Notes: generated by a model from the letters alone, not told the origin. A stretch of DNA of 64,000 nucleotides from Fistulifera solaris (GCA_030295235.1 AP026135.1:496001-560000); one strand, 5' to 3'; shown: positions 13,142-26,570, counted from the first letter of the stretch. Program-made: numbers and translations.

Positions 13142-16100
13142 ATGACCTCTCCTACTACTACTACTACTCCTGACTGGGCTTATGTCTTCGACCCGCCCAC
13201 CGATCGCACCCCATCAAGTGGATGATCAAGAAAAACAAGTACGAAATTGTTGTTCCGTTGTTGAACGATTTCGGCATTCGCAAGATCATGCAGCATGTGA
13301 CCATTGTCATCCCCGAAATCGTCCAAGTCGTCACTGTCGGAAACCGACCTCGAAGCTTCGCTACCAATCGCGTTCAAGCGCACTCTCTCCGTTCCATCAA
13401 GAAAATTGGAACACGACCGTCACGAACTTCATCCCCACGGGCAAAAAGACGTCGTCGCCGAGTTTGAGAACCTCGTCATGGCTTGGTTGGCCGACCACTA
13501 CGCCAACGAAAAAACCCAACACGATTTGGTCAACCAGATCCACAAGAAGAAGAAACCGCGAGGCATGCCAACCGAGGTCTTCTACGGCCTCATGAACACG
13601 TACAACCAGTACATTGAATGGCTTCCCGGTCCCAACTGTCTCTTTCCTGAGGCATTCATCAAGCAGTACTTCTTCGACGCCCAATGCCGGGAATGATTGG
13701 CAGGCAGCATTCATCACTGCCGGTCGCGAATCTCTACGCCCTCGGATGTTGACATCCTCACAGTCCGTCAGTATTTCAAAGCTCTCCAGGAACTCGATGA
13801 AGCTGTAAACCTTCGCAAGAACCTCAACAAGGGCAACAACAACAACAACGACAATAACAACAACAAGCGCAAAAACACCAACAAATACAACGACAACAAA
13901 AAGCAAAGAGAACCGTTCAAGCAAAGATGACTGTCCCATCCACCCAGGTGCTGGTCACCCTTGGAGCAAATGCTTCTCGAACGCCAACAACCCGGATCGT
14001 CCATCTGCCAACAAAAAACCCGCCGCCAAGAACAAGAACGGCAAGGGCAAGGATGCCAATACCAACGAGAAACATAAAGACGTGAACAACGAATCTAATG
14101 TCATCTCCAAAATGGCTTCCACTGACAATGACAATTCATCTGCCTTCTCGGCAACCTCTCCGGCATATTCGCCCGTGCTCCCCCGCTTATGAGTTTGATC
14201 TCAACGAGTCGGGTACGTTAACAGATTGTTACGTCACCTCCACTATTTTAAATCACTCACATCATCTTGACTCCATTCCATTCGTCAACCAGACAAAGAC
14301 GTCTAAGAACTTGGAATCACACGAGCCTGCTCTCGTAGCGGCATGTGACAAGATATTCTCCGAGGGAGAAGGCAGTGATTTAAAATTAGTAGGCTCTATC
14401 TATGATACGAACTCGTCTCGCATGCGCTCTATTAGCCTTATATACACTACGCTATCGTCTTCTAAAGACAAAGCGCCTCTTCGAGTCCTTTTTGATTCCG
14501 GATCCGACAGCACAATGTTCAATCGAAAAGCCCTTCCCAAAGGGACCGAAACGATCAAGATCAAAGGTGAACAATTTGTTGGTCTCCATGGACCTCAGGT
14601 CCACAACGAACAAGTTCTACTCTCCAATATCTGTCTTCCAGAATTTTCGCTATCGCAAAAGCTCCAGGTCCTTATCAGCGCCACAATCTTTGATAACCCA
14701 CATTCAGGTTACGACATCATCATTGGCCAAGATCTCCTGCAAGCACTCGCGATCAAAATCGACTTCGAAAAGCAAACAGTTTCTTTTAACGAAAACACAA
14801 TCGACTTCAAACCCGCCGACTACTTCATTCGCAACAAGTTCTGCAAAGAAATGCTTGAATCACACGATGCCATGCTCGTAGATGACGAAGATGCAATCAG
14901 AGAGGCAGGGTACAAGTCCAAAGCAATACTCCCATCCGACTATCAAGCAGTCGACACCCAAACCGTCGCCCGACGAACAAGAACACCTTAATTAAGCCCA
15001 TAGCGCCCGCTTACCGGCCGCATTCTCGACAAGTTCAAAAAATTATTCTCTGGCAAGCTTGGCAAATATCCCAAAAAGAAAGTCCGTCTTGAAGTCCAAC
15101 CCGGCGCAAAACCATATCGCTGCCGACCCTATCCTGTCCCTCGATCACAAGAGGCAGTCTTCAAAAATGAACTCGGCTCTTACGAAGGAAACCGTACTCA
15201 CCAGAACGGGTGCCTCCGAATGGCTTGCTCCATCTTTCATTATCCCGAAGAAAGACGGTTCTGTCCGATGGATTTCCGATTTCCGCCAGCTGAACAAAGT
15301 GTTACGACGCAAGGTATACAACTTACCACGCATTCAAGACATCCTCAAACGACGCAAAGGATACAAATACTTGACGAAACTTCGGCGTCAGTATGCAGTT
15401 CTACGTTTGAACTTCGACGGCGACAGCAAAAAACTGTGCGTCATCTGCACACCCTTCGGCAACTATCAATACAATCGCCTTCCTATGGGAGTCTCTCCTG
15501 CACCCGATATTGCACAAGAGACAATGGAAGAACTCCTCCTCCCCCTTCTCCCGGCCGAAGTCTACATTGATGACATCGCCATCTTCAGCGACGACCTGGA
15601 ATCGCATCTTCAATCTGTTGAAAAGATCCTGGCCGTCCTGCAAGACAACAACTTCACCATTAACCCAAACAAATGCGAATGGTGTGTTCAAGAAACCGAT
15701 TGGCTTGGCTACTGGCTCACCCCAACTGGCCTTAAGCCCTGGAAGAAGAAAGTCGATGCTATGCTCCGAATCCAAGCCCCACGAACGGTCAAGCAGCTAC
15801 GATCCTTCCTTGGCGCCGTCAACTTCTATCGCGACATGTATCCAAAAGCAGCACACATCCCTCGCACCGTTAACACAAATGACCGGAATGAAAGGCAAGC
15901 TCAAATGGGACCCCAAATGTCAACAAGCCTTTGACAAAATGAAAGCACTCCTCGCACAAGAAGCATTCCTTCAATATCCAGACCACAACAAACCGTTTCA
16001 CGTCCTACGCTGACGCTAAGCGACTACCAAATGGGGCGCTGCAATCTTCCAAGACGGCAAACCCGTCGCCTTTTACTCTCGAAAACTTAATCCTGCTCAA

Positions 16101-17710
16101 CGCAATTACACAGTCGGTGAGAAGGAGATTCTCTCCATCGTCGAAACACTCAAGGAATTTCGCGATGCTTTACGGAGTACAACAATTACATGTGTACACT
16201 GACCACAAAAACAACACCTTTGAAACAGTGAATTCGCGAGCGAGTCCTGCGCTGGCGTCTTTTCCTTGACGAATTTGGGATCCAACTCAAATACATCAAG
16301 GGTCAGAACAACAACTTAGCCGACGCCCTGTCCCGTCTGCCGATCCAGTCATTGCCCGGCGAAGACATAAAAAACACTCTGTTCGAACAACCCCACCAAA
16401 CACACGAGGGAGGATAGCGCTCAAACCCCTCGACCACCGCCCCAGCTGGCATTCTTCTCCATGGCTGATGATACTCACCTTCGGGAGCACCGTTAGTCTT
16501 CCTGCGCTCAAAGGAATTCCCTTCGAGCTAGACTATCGCGTCATCTTGGAAAAGCAGAAAGGAGACGTCCTTATCTCGCAACTCCAAACCAAAACACCTC
16601 GCAATTTCACCCTAATTGAACTCGCACCTGACACACACATTATTTGCTATCAAAAGACGGCAAAACAAACCCCAAAATCTTTCTCCCCACTTCCATGCTC
16701 GACAATACCATCCACTGGTATCATCTCGCACTCGGCCACATTGGACAAAAACGGTTGATTGAGACTATGTCGATCCACCTTTTCCACCCTGAACTCCGAG
16801 ATCGCGTTACTCATTTTGTTTCGATTTGTGCAGATTGCCAAAAGTGCAAGAACATCCTCCGCGGCCATGGTCATCTCGCTCCTCGTGAAGCTCATTCCCA
16901 TCCCTGGAGGGATATTGCAGTTGACCTCATCGGTCCTTGGCACATGAAAGTCGGCCACACAGAAGCCTCTTTCTCTGCACTCACAGTCATTGACACAGTC
17001 ACGAACCTTGTCGAACTTATACGCATTGAAAACAAGACCGCCCCACGTCGCTCGTCAATTGGAGATTGTCTGGCTAAACCGCTACCCACGTCCGGCTTTT
17101 TTTGCATTTTTTGACCAAGGAGGCGAATTTGTTGGCTACGACTTTGACCAATTACTCGAAGAACACGGCATCACCGGTCGCCCCAATTACAAGCAAAAAC
17201 CCACGCTCGAATGGCATCTGCGAACGCATGCACCAAACTGTTGGTAACTTCCTGCGAACAATGCAATCTACCCGTCTCCCAACAGACATCCAGAGCGCAG
17301 AACGCATGGTTGATTACGCCTTATCGACTTGTCTTTTTTGCAACTCGGCCGCCATACATGGCTCCCCTCAAAGCCAGCCCAGGATCCTTGGCCGGACGCT
17401 GACATGATTCTCGACATTCCCCTCTTGGCCGACTGGAAATATATCCAAGAACATCGTCAACAACTCGTTGACAAACGGTCCATTGCAGAGAATCGACAAC
17501 GCTTCGTCGCACGATTACCAACCTGGCGACAAAATCCTCAAAATATCCTTCCGACCGAATAAGCTCGAACCACGCGCAACCGGTCCTTTTCCCATCACTC
17601 GCGTTCACACAAATGGCACCGTCACCATCCAACTGAACGAGGCTGTCATTGAACGAATCTCCATTCGTCGTATCAAGCCTTTTCGAGATGAAACTCCATT
17701 TCCTTCCTGA
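13142..17710 (+). CDS. gag-pol of the gypsy element, broken into many frames in this consensus (start approximate)
   Basis: Gag knuckle [14 protein letters not shown]; protease [35 protein letters not shown]; RNase H region ([22 protein letters not shown]); integrase HLALGH..CADC, AVDLIGP, DQGGEF, NGICER. Confidence 0.85.
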
Positions 17711-17833
17711 ACACCCCCTTCTCGGACGCCGATCTTTTTATTTTTTTCCTTCTAAAGCGGAAGGTTGTTTCTGTTTTGTTCTGCAAGGTCCACATTCCGT
17801 CCTTCGTCCGTTCCCGGACCTTGAGAGGCAGAA

Positions 17834-18132
17834 TGCAATGCCCAGGATTAACCTGAACCTTATGCAGTTAAGAATCACGGCCTCTAACCCTATCGGGCCG
17901 AGACCAAGGATAACATTCCCACTTCGGATCCTGAACCCGTGTGGGAATCCTCTGTGGGAGTCTACATCACAACTCCCACGACTGGTGGGAATTGAATCTT
18001 GAACTCCCACGACCGGCGGGAGTCCTTTTCCGATTAGATCGACTTTTGTGAAAACTTTCATTCGAATAGTTTACAAACGTAACTCTTCTCATAATTTTCA
18101 TTTATCTGCAAAACTTCATTGTAGGTAACGCA
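17834..18132 (+). repeat. 3' LTR (299 bp)
   Basis: Copy of 12798-13097, preceded by purine-rich GAGAGGCAGAA (PPT). Confidence 0.95.
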
Positions 18133-18196
18133 GGAGATGCTTATAGACCGCATGAATGAGGTCCAAGTAATTAATGAACTACTACCAACTACCAAC

Positions 18197-19796
18197 ATGC
18201 CTTCAACGCTGCCTTCCGCCATCACACGAACCGCCCATGATGCGCTGCTCGCCAAACAATCCGGCGGCGCGCGCGGGATACGAGATGGGTGACGATCTAT
18301 ACCGCGATTGCCTACTTGTTTCATCATCGTCGTCACGACAAACTCCCCTCGTAAACGCTGGATATGCCGTACGCGTCGTGTGCATTCTACAATCCATTCA
18401 GACCTTTGCTTCTGCGAATACGATAGTCATTGTGTTGGGAGCGGGTTTGGATGTGGCAGGCGTATGGACGGCGCTCCGTGGAGCACATCGTGTCATTGAA
18501 ATAGATGTTCCGGAAATATGTCACAGTAAGGTCGATTTAGTGTTGAAGAAGGTTCCTTTTGTCGAGACTTCTGCAACCGACGGCAATCGAGTGTTTCAAG
18601 GAACAACAGCAACGGGAGGATTGTATACGCTGTTAGCGACCGATCTCCGAAATAAGAATGAATGGAGACATGACTTAATGAACATTTTGCAAAGCAACGA
18701 ACAAGACGCCAGTACTTCGCATTCGTATTTGGTCATTTCTGAGCTCGTCATGACGTACTTGGACCACTCTGTGTCGGATGATATAATGGAATTTTGTAGC
18801 CGGTTGCCCAATTGCTGTTTGGTGGCCTACGAGCCCTATGGGTGTAGCAGCGATGACAAAGATAAATCCGTGCTCGAGGAGTACAAGAGAGCCTATTTGG
18901 GTCAATTTCACGAAAAATTGGAAAAAGGCAATTCGACGATTTCCTCCCTTTCCATGTACCCACTCGGGTACTCCGCCAACACAGTCATGGCGCGAATGAA
19001 ACGCTTTTTCCCCCGGGCCTACGTGACTTCCGCCGGTCTAGCCACCGCAGCGCACGGCATTTCGTTACGAATACCCGAACCATTCGATGAGTACATGGCG
19101 CTGACTTTGCATTTACAGTCCTACATGCTGGCTTGCGCCTTTTCCTCTAGCGAAGATACTTTGCTCCAACGTAGAATGTGTCCGTGGTCCATCGGGTTTG
19201 CCCCAATTAGGATCCCAGACCAAAGTGTCGTTGCCTGGATCACGCCCGTGGAAATCGAAGATGAAGTCGCCATCCGTGAATTGTTTGCTCAGTCATATGA
19301 ACAGTTTTTTGCAACGCACCCGTCGATTCAGAAGATGGTTAACACTTCCTTGAAAAAAGACATGGCTCTGACGATCGACGATGCTGCATCCTCGTCGCAG
19401 ATGCGACAGTGGTTCCGTGATCGAGAAGGCGACTTTTTCGTGGCTGTGCAGCACCATCCTCGATCTGTGTTGGGTGGAATAGCCGTACGTAAATGTACAC
19501 CCAAGGAACAGCAACTCCACACGAATGATACTGGACAAAACACAGCAAGAGACGTTTACGAGTTGCACCGGTTGGTCGTACATCCTGCTTGGTATCGACG
19601 AGGAATCGGGAAAGCTCTTCTCGAATGCGTCGAAAGACAAATTACTTCGAAAGCTAAGAAGACGGTAATGCTGACCGCAACGACCTTTGCCGGCCTTGAG
19701 GGAGCGAATCAGTTTTACACTTCCTGCGGTTTTAGTCTGCCTCAATCCTTTCATTTGGGTGACTTGCAAATGCACACGTATCGAAAGGTACTTTGA
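18197..19796 (+). CDS. Leucine carboxyl methyltransferase (LCMT1/PPM1-like) fused to a C-terminal GNAT acetyltransferase; frameshift near 18262
   Basis: ATG 18197 gives MPSTLPSAITRTAHDALLAKQSAARAGY after a 1-nt correction (LCM N-terminal motif); VLGAGLD, IEID.P, ATDLR, SELVMTYL, EPFDE; GNAT YELHRLVVHPAWYRRGIGKALL and ANQFYTSCGF. Confidence 0.8.
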
Positions 19797-19948
19797 GCGG
19801 CAAGGAGGCCTATTTGTCCCATTATCACAATCAGTTCATAACTAAAATGGTGTAATTGCATAAATAATTTAGTATCACTAAATGATGTATGGTAACCAAG
19901 CATAACTGTTGTAGGAAACGTTCACAGTCCAAAACGTAGCTCGAGCGT

Positions 19949-21288
19949 TTATGTTTGTGCCAAAGTCTCTTTCACAAACTTGCTGAAAGCTTCCACAGTT
20001 CGAACTTCGGATTCGTACTTAACCGCGGTACCATCCGCTTTGATTACATTCACAGTGGGGAACGAGTTGGTGTTGAGGTTTTCCATGACGAATTCGCGGT
20101 CTTCATCTCCTCGCAATGTGTAAACATCCATCTCGCCGGCCATGGCGGCGGCGAACTTCTCGTATTCATCTTCCATGGCTTGAGAGAACTGGCACCAAGG
20201 AGCATACACCACAACCACTGAGGGCTTGCCAGACTTTTTGACTTCCAAGGCTTCATCGGTACTGGAAAGCTTCTTGGCCTTGCTCTTGTCTGACTCCCAC
20301 AAATCGCGATCCCAGGTGCGCTCCGCTCCGTCAACGTGAATGCCACATTCAGTTTTCGTCGAACCATCCTTGTTTTGCAAACCAACGAAGCGTCCCACGC
20401 GCTCCTTGGCGTATTCGCACCACACAGTCTTGTCACCCACCCATTCGTAGTTGACAAACTTGACTGATCCATCCTGCGGCACGGGGATTGTATCTTTCGC
20501 ATCACCAATACTAGGGTAGCCCTTCTCATGAAGAGGATGATAAGGAACTTTGTACTTGGAAATGTATTCAAAGGTGTCCTCGAAGGTCCAGTACGCGAGG
20601 GGATTGCACTTGGCGAGTCCTCCTCCAATGGGGGCATTTTCGAACAAATCGATCCAAGCACGCTCGAATCCCTGCCAACGAGTACGGCCGTTAATCATGC
20701 AGTTGGTGTTCAAAGTCTTCAAACCACGCTGGAAGGGTTCCACCTTGCAGACTCGGTCGTACTCATCGATATCTTCCTTCCACAAATCCGCTCCGTAGCG
20801 CTTGTCGAAGGCCGCCTTGTCACCGACCGGGATGCCGTCGGCACAGAAAATTTCGGCTTTGAATTCGTACTTCTTTTCAAGGACTTTCAAAAACTCCATC
20901 GTTTCCGGGAAAAGATGGAATGTATCAACAACCATGATTTTGGCCTTTCCATTCTTCAAGTATCCCATGCGACCCAACAAGTCCGTGATCACGACATCAC
21001 CCGCAATCATGGCATTCGGAAATACTGAGGGCTCGTGAGGACGGTTCTCGTATATCCACAAAATATCAGCAACGAAAACTTACCAGCATTATCAAAGTTT
21101 TCGCAGGAAATTTTAAGAGCAAACATCGCTTGCTCTTCCAAATGTTTGAGTCTCATTTCTTTGCTCTCGGCAATGTACTGTTCTTGGTCAAACGCCTTTA
21201 GGGTCATCGACGGAGACTGGAAAGCCGTCTTGGGGGCGACAAAGGCGGATGCCAAAGGCACGAGGAACACCAACGAAGCAAGTTTCAT
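19949..21288 (-). CDS. APR: Plastid-targeted APS reductase (APR-B type) with C-terminal thioredoxin-like domain; intron 21025-21083
   Basis: Presequence MKLASLVFLVPLASA-FVAP (ASAFAP); VDTFHLFPET, CKVEPF, NPLAYW, GYPSIGD, ECGIH; Trx fold VVVYAPWCQFS. Confidence 0.88.
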
Positions 21289-21816
21289 CTTCTATTTCAA
21301 TAAATTTGATAGAGAGCCAACAACAACGATGCTATCAAATAATGATAATGTCCGATGAAAGATTTTTGTTTGCCGTCGAAAAGTGACGCGCAAGAATTGA
21401 ACACAGACGCGCGACGCAACCTTGAAGAAAAAAACAAAATGAGCGGCTGAGAAAATCGGCGGATCTCAAGAAAATAAGATGGTGACAGAGCGGTAGTCAA
21501 GAAATGCAACTTCAATACCAGTCTGTCTCATTTCTGACGTCGGACAAAAGTGGACGTTCATGTTCCATTTTTCATTATTATTTTTTATTCTAATGATCTG
21601 TCTGTATGTACGTTTGAATGACATCGAGGCTTCGAGAATGCAAAGGAAAGACTTTTCTGACGACGAAAATCGCATCACCCGATTTTCCTTGGTCTTCTCG
21701 CGGCTGACTCTTTCTTGCTGTCATTCCATCATTGCAATCACAATCTTAAAAGGCATTCTACTTGCACTGTTATTGTTATAAAGAGATCAGCAAAGCTACT
21801 AGAAAACAAAATAATA

Positions 21817-24800
21817 ATGTGCAAAAGCGAAGATTCCCCACCCGACACCAATTCCTCCGGTTCGACGGATGAGAACAAGTTATCGTCCCCGGCCGACGCG
21901 AACCCGGTCGTCCAGAGAACCTGCTTTTCCAATTTGCTGTGTTGCGGCGGTGCTCGACAGGTAGCATCCGCCAAAGAGCTGGGCGTATGGGAGAAGAGTC
22001 TAGAAGATCAAGCCGGTTTCGTTTCACAATGGCTCCTTTCCTTTCTCAATCCGCTCCTTAGTCTCGGTTCGCACAAAGTACTCGACGCCGAAGACATTGG
22101 AGTTCCTTCCCAAAATGATCGCGCCGAGAAAGCGTACCGAGTTGCCATGGAGGCTTGGGAAGTACAATCGGTCAAAGCGGCCGCCATTAATAAGAAATTG
22201 AAACAAAAACATGAAGCAAAATTGGCTCAATGCAAAACACAAGAAGAGCGGAACAAAGTCAAACCACTGGAACTAAAAGACCCCAGCATTTCGGCGGCAC
22301 TAGCGACGGGATACGGAAAGTGGACATTGTTCATCGCCATCTTGTATTATGTCATTTCCGCTCTCTTGGGTTTCGTTCCCGTTCTCATTCTCAACAATCT
22401 CGTAACATTCTTTGAATCGGGAGAGCCACTGGGACCAATTGATAGTATTGAGCACCCCTGGATCCAAGTGATGGCTTTGGGGGCACTGCCATTTGTAATT
22501 TCGTTACTCCAAACCAGACATCTCACCATTATGAGTCACGCGGCGGTGTTTGTACGGACCGCGGTTTCGACCATGCTCTATCGCAAAGCTGTACGAGTAT
22601 CGGCGGCTGGTCGGGCCAAGACATCCACGGGACAGGTCGTTAATATGATGTCGAATGATACTGCGCAGTTACAACGATTTCTGCAGTTCATTGGGTTCAC
22701 CATGGTGGCTCCGATTCAAATTGTGTTGGCTTTGGCGCTGATTTATCAACAGGTAGGTAACAGAAATGATTGCAGTCTGCAATATACAAGAGCTTTTCTT
22801 ACAAATAACTGCTCCCCAGGTTGGTAATGCTACGTGGGTTGGTGTTGGTTTCATGGTGCTATTGATGCCAGTCAACACGGTCGTGTTCTCCATCGTTTCA
22901 AAGCAACGCCGAGAAGTTTTGAAATACTCCGATTTGCGCGTGAAAATGATGAACGAGATTCTGTCGGGAATTCGAATCATCAAGTTCTATGCTTGGGAGC
23001 GTCCTTTCGGAAAGAAGTGAGCGAACTTCGCGGGAACGAGCTCAAAGCTCTGACGCGATTGGCCTACACGTCGGCGATTGGATTTTCGTTGATTCTCATG
23101 GCGGCGCCTCTCATTCAACCCGTCTTGGTCTTTGTTACATACGTTGCAATCCAAGACGAGCCTCTAACAGCATCCACCGCTTTTACGACGGTCGCTCTTT
23201 TCAACATGATGCGCTTCCCTTTCGCATTCTTGCCAATGGGTCTTCTGCAGTATATACAGAGCAAGATATCGTTATCTCGTCTCGAGCGATACTTGGATTT
23301 ACCTGAACTTACCGAATACGTAGAGCCAAATCCTCCTCCGAATGCGTCAGAGTCGGAAACCGTTTGCGGAAGCATTACGATACGGAACGGAACTTTCAGC
23401 TGGGTTGACCCTGAGGCTGGTCCAGTTCGGCCAATTCAGGACGAAAAGCCAAAGAAAGAGAAGAAGTCCAAGAGAGGAAAGAAATCTGATGACGAAATGT
23501 CATCGAGCGAACACAGCCGCAAAAGCGAAGGTAGTAAAGCAAGCGAAAACACCGACGCAACAACTAAAGTCCCTGTGATTACGCTACGTGATATCAATTG
23601 TCATGTAGAGTCTGGCAGTTTGGTGGCAGTTGTGGGGACGGTCGGTAGCGGAAAGTCCAGTTTCTTGTCTGCTATCTTGGGAGAGCTAGAACCGATCCAT
23701 GATTCCAAAGTTTACATGCCGCGCGCCGGCGCTAAACGAGACGGTTTTGTATCTTATTGCTCCCAAACACCTTGGGTCGTAAACGATACCCTAAGAGGAA
23801 ACATCTTGTTTGGTCGAGACTTTAATCAGGAACGATACGAAGAAATCATTGATGCCTGTGCGCTTCGAGACGATCTTGCTGTCCTTCCTGCTGGAGATAT
23901 GACTGAAATCGGGGAAAGGGGAATCAATCTGTCAGGAGGACAGAAAGCTCGCGTTTCCCTTGCCCGTGCCATGTATTCAAAGGACACTAAAATTGTTCTT
24001 TTAGACGATCCTCTTTCGGCAGTAGATTCACACGTAGGTGAATGGATTTTTTCTAAGGCAATAACTGGCTCTGTCAGCAAGGGGACAACGAGAATGATTG
24101 TCACCCACCATGTGCACTTACTCGCACGGTGCGACAAGGTGATCGTTATGGACAAAGGGACCATTCGACATCATGGCTCCTACGAGGAGTTAGTTTCCAA
24201 AGGCGTCGACTTTGCAGGTGCCATTGACGTATCGAAAATAAAAGTAGCTGAATCGAAAGATGAAGACGCGGAAAAGAAAGACGAGGAATCAAGTCCCAAG
24301 GCACAAGCACCTGAGAAGAAAGGCGAAGATCAAATTCAGCTTCAGAAGAATGGCAAGAAATTAGTCAAGGATGAAGAACGCGAAGAAGGAAGCGTTGCGG
24401 GTTCTGCCTACATGCACTACGCCAGAGTCGGTGGACTTGTGGTTGCCTTTATGGTTCTTCTCGTTCAGGCATTTGGTCGTGGTGCAGAAGTTATGGCTGG
24501 TTTTTGGTTAGCCTTTTGGGCCGAAGCTGCGAGTGACGCGACAAACGAGGGTGGACTGAGCACTAGTGAAACGAACTACTACGTTGCGATCTATGCCGTG
24601 TTCGGCCTGATTGGAGTAATCGGACTAACTGTCCGTTCCCTTCTGATCGCAGTGCATCGCTTGGCAGCATCCAAAATTCTCCATGACGGTTTAACGGAAA
24701 GTATTCTGCGGGCACCTGTTTCGTTTTTTGATGTCACCCCAACAGGACGTGTGCTGAATCGGTTTGCCGCCGATATGGACAAGATCGATCTCGAGCTGAC

Positions 24801-26177
24801 CCAAACGCTTTCTCAAGGCATTTCAACACTCTTCAATGTATTGGGTGCCATCGCGGCTATTATCGCTGCAACGCGAGGGACCTTTCTTGTGCCACTTGTA
24901 CCGATCAGCTATTGTTACTACGTTATCCAAAAATGGTTTCGCAAAACATCGACGGAGCTTCAGAGAATCAACAGCATTGCGAATTCACCTATTTTTGCTG
25001 ACTTTTCACAGACCTTGTCCGGGACGAACACAATTCGCGCATATGGAGAAGAAACCCGATTTTTCGAGCAGTGCAAACATTCATTCGACACGATGAATGC
25101 CTCTTACATCCTTATCCAACTCGTTAGCTCGTGGTTGAGTTTGAGATTGGACATCCTTGGTGGCTTCATCGGAGCCTTTATCGGTGGCCTCGCAGTCGCC
25201 ACATACTCCAGCAGCTTCATCCCCGCTGGTTGGCTAGGACTTGCTCTCTCGTACAGCATTGAAGTCACGAATTTTCTTAAACACGGAGTCAAGATGATCG
25301 CGACGCTTGAGGCGCAGATGAACTCTGTGGAACGTGTTCTTTCTACACCGATCAAGTTGAACCCGAGGCGCCAGAGTTCATTCCTGATGTGGACCCCGCA
25401 CCATCCGAATGGCCGACGAAAGGCAATATTGAATTTCGAGGAGCATCTATGCGATATCGCGACGGACCCCTTGTTTTGAAGAACATTTCCTTACAAGTGA
25501 AAGGGAGTGAGAAGATCGGAGTTTGTGGTCGTACAGGAAGCGGAAAGAGCAGCCTCATGATCTCTTTATTTCGAATTACGGAGCTTGAGGAGGATGGCGG
25601 CGCCATCATAATTGACGACCTCAATGTTAGGGAAATCGGAACGTCAACACTTCGTCTAAATCTTTCTATCATTCCTCAAGACCCAATCATTTTCTCGAAC
25701 ACAGTCCGATATAACCTCGACCCATTCAAATTTGCATCTACCGAAGAGCTATGGGAGGTTTTGAAGAAGGTTCAAATGGATACGGTTATCCAGGAGCTAC
25801 CCAATGGGCTCGATGAACTTGTTTCCGAAGGAGGGGAGAACTTTTCTCAAGGACAGAGACAATTACTCTGTATCGCTCGCGCTTTGCTGCGCAAACCGAA
25901 GATCCTTGTCATGGATGAAGCCACGGCAAGCATTGACAATGCCACGGACGCTCACATTCAGACCATGATCCGAGAGAACTTCAAGGATGCTACGGTTCTC
26001 ACTATCGCGCATCGCTTGAACACGATCATGGACAGTGATCGAGTGTTGGTTCTCGATAACGGCAACATTGCTGAGTTTGATACCCCCGAAAAGCTACTGG
26101 AGAAAGAAGATGGCTTATTCAAGGCGATGGTTGACAAGAGCAAAGCGGCCAGTGGCGTTGCTCTTGTGGAAGATTAA
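21817..26177 (+). CDS. ABC transporter subfamily C (MRP-like), TMD-NBD-TMD-NBD; intron 22753-22819, frameshifts near 23010 and 25350
   Basis: GTVGSGKSS / LSGGQKAR / [10 protein letters not shown] and GRTGSGKSS / FSQGQRQL / VMDEATA / [21 protein letters not shown]. Confidence 0.93.
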
Positions 26178-26570
26178 GACTTGCCGTAATAAACTAGACC
26201 ATTCCCTTTGAACAATAACATCTATAGCCGTAATAAACTAGATCATTCCTTTGAACATTAACATCCATAGTCTTTCATTACGCTGTAGAAGGAGGACTGC
26301 AGAACCTATCCTTATTTCAAAGCGCTAAGTGCCGTTTTTCGAACACAAAAACTCTTACCGGTACCCTTGTCTTCTTTGAAGAATCATCATCATCGTACCC
26401 TCGTACTGTACCAGTTTCTGGCAGACGCTCTTTACAGTACCACAGAAACAATGCATTCATTCGCTTGGTATGTTTCGACAAGGCTTTCATTCATCAGTCA
26501 TTCTTATTTTATATAAATATACATCATTTACTTGTTTCAACATTCTATTTCTCAACTAAGAGAAAATAGA

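Larger units (their letters stand above)
12798..18132 (+). mobile_element. Full-length Ty3/gypsy LTR retrotransposon with 5-bp TSD GGAGA
   Basis: TG...CA LTRs at 12798-13097 and 17834-18132; GGAGA at 12793-12797 and 18133-18137; domain order gag-PR-RT-RH-IN. Confidence 0.95.
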
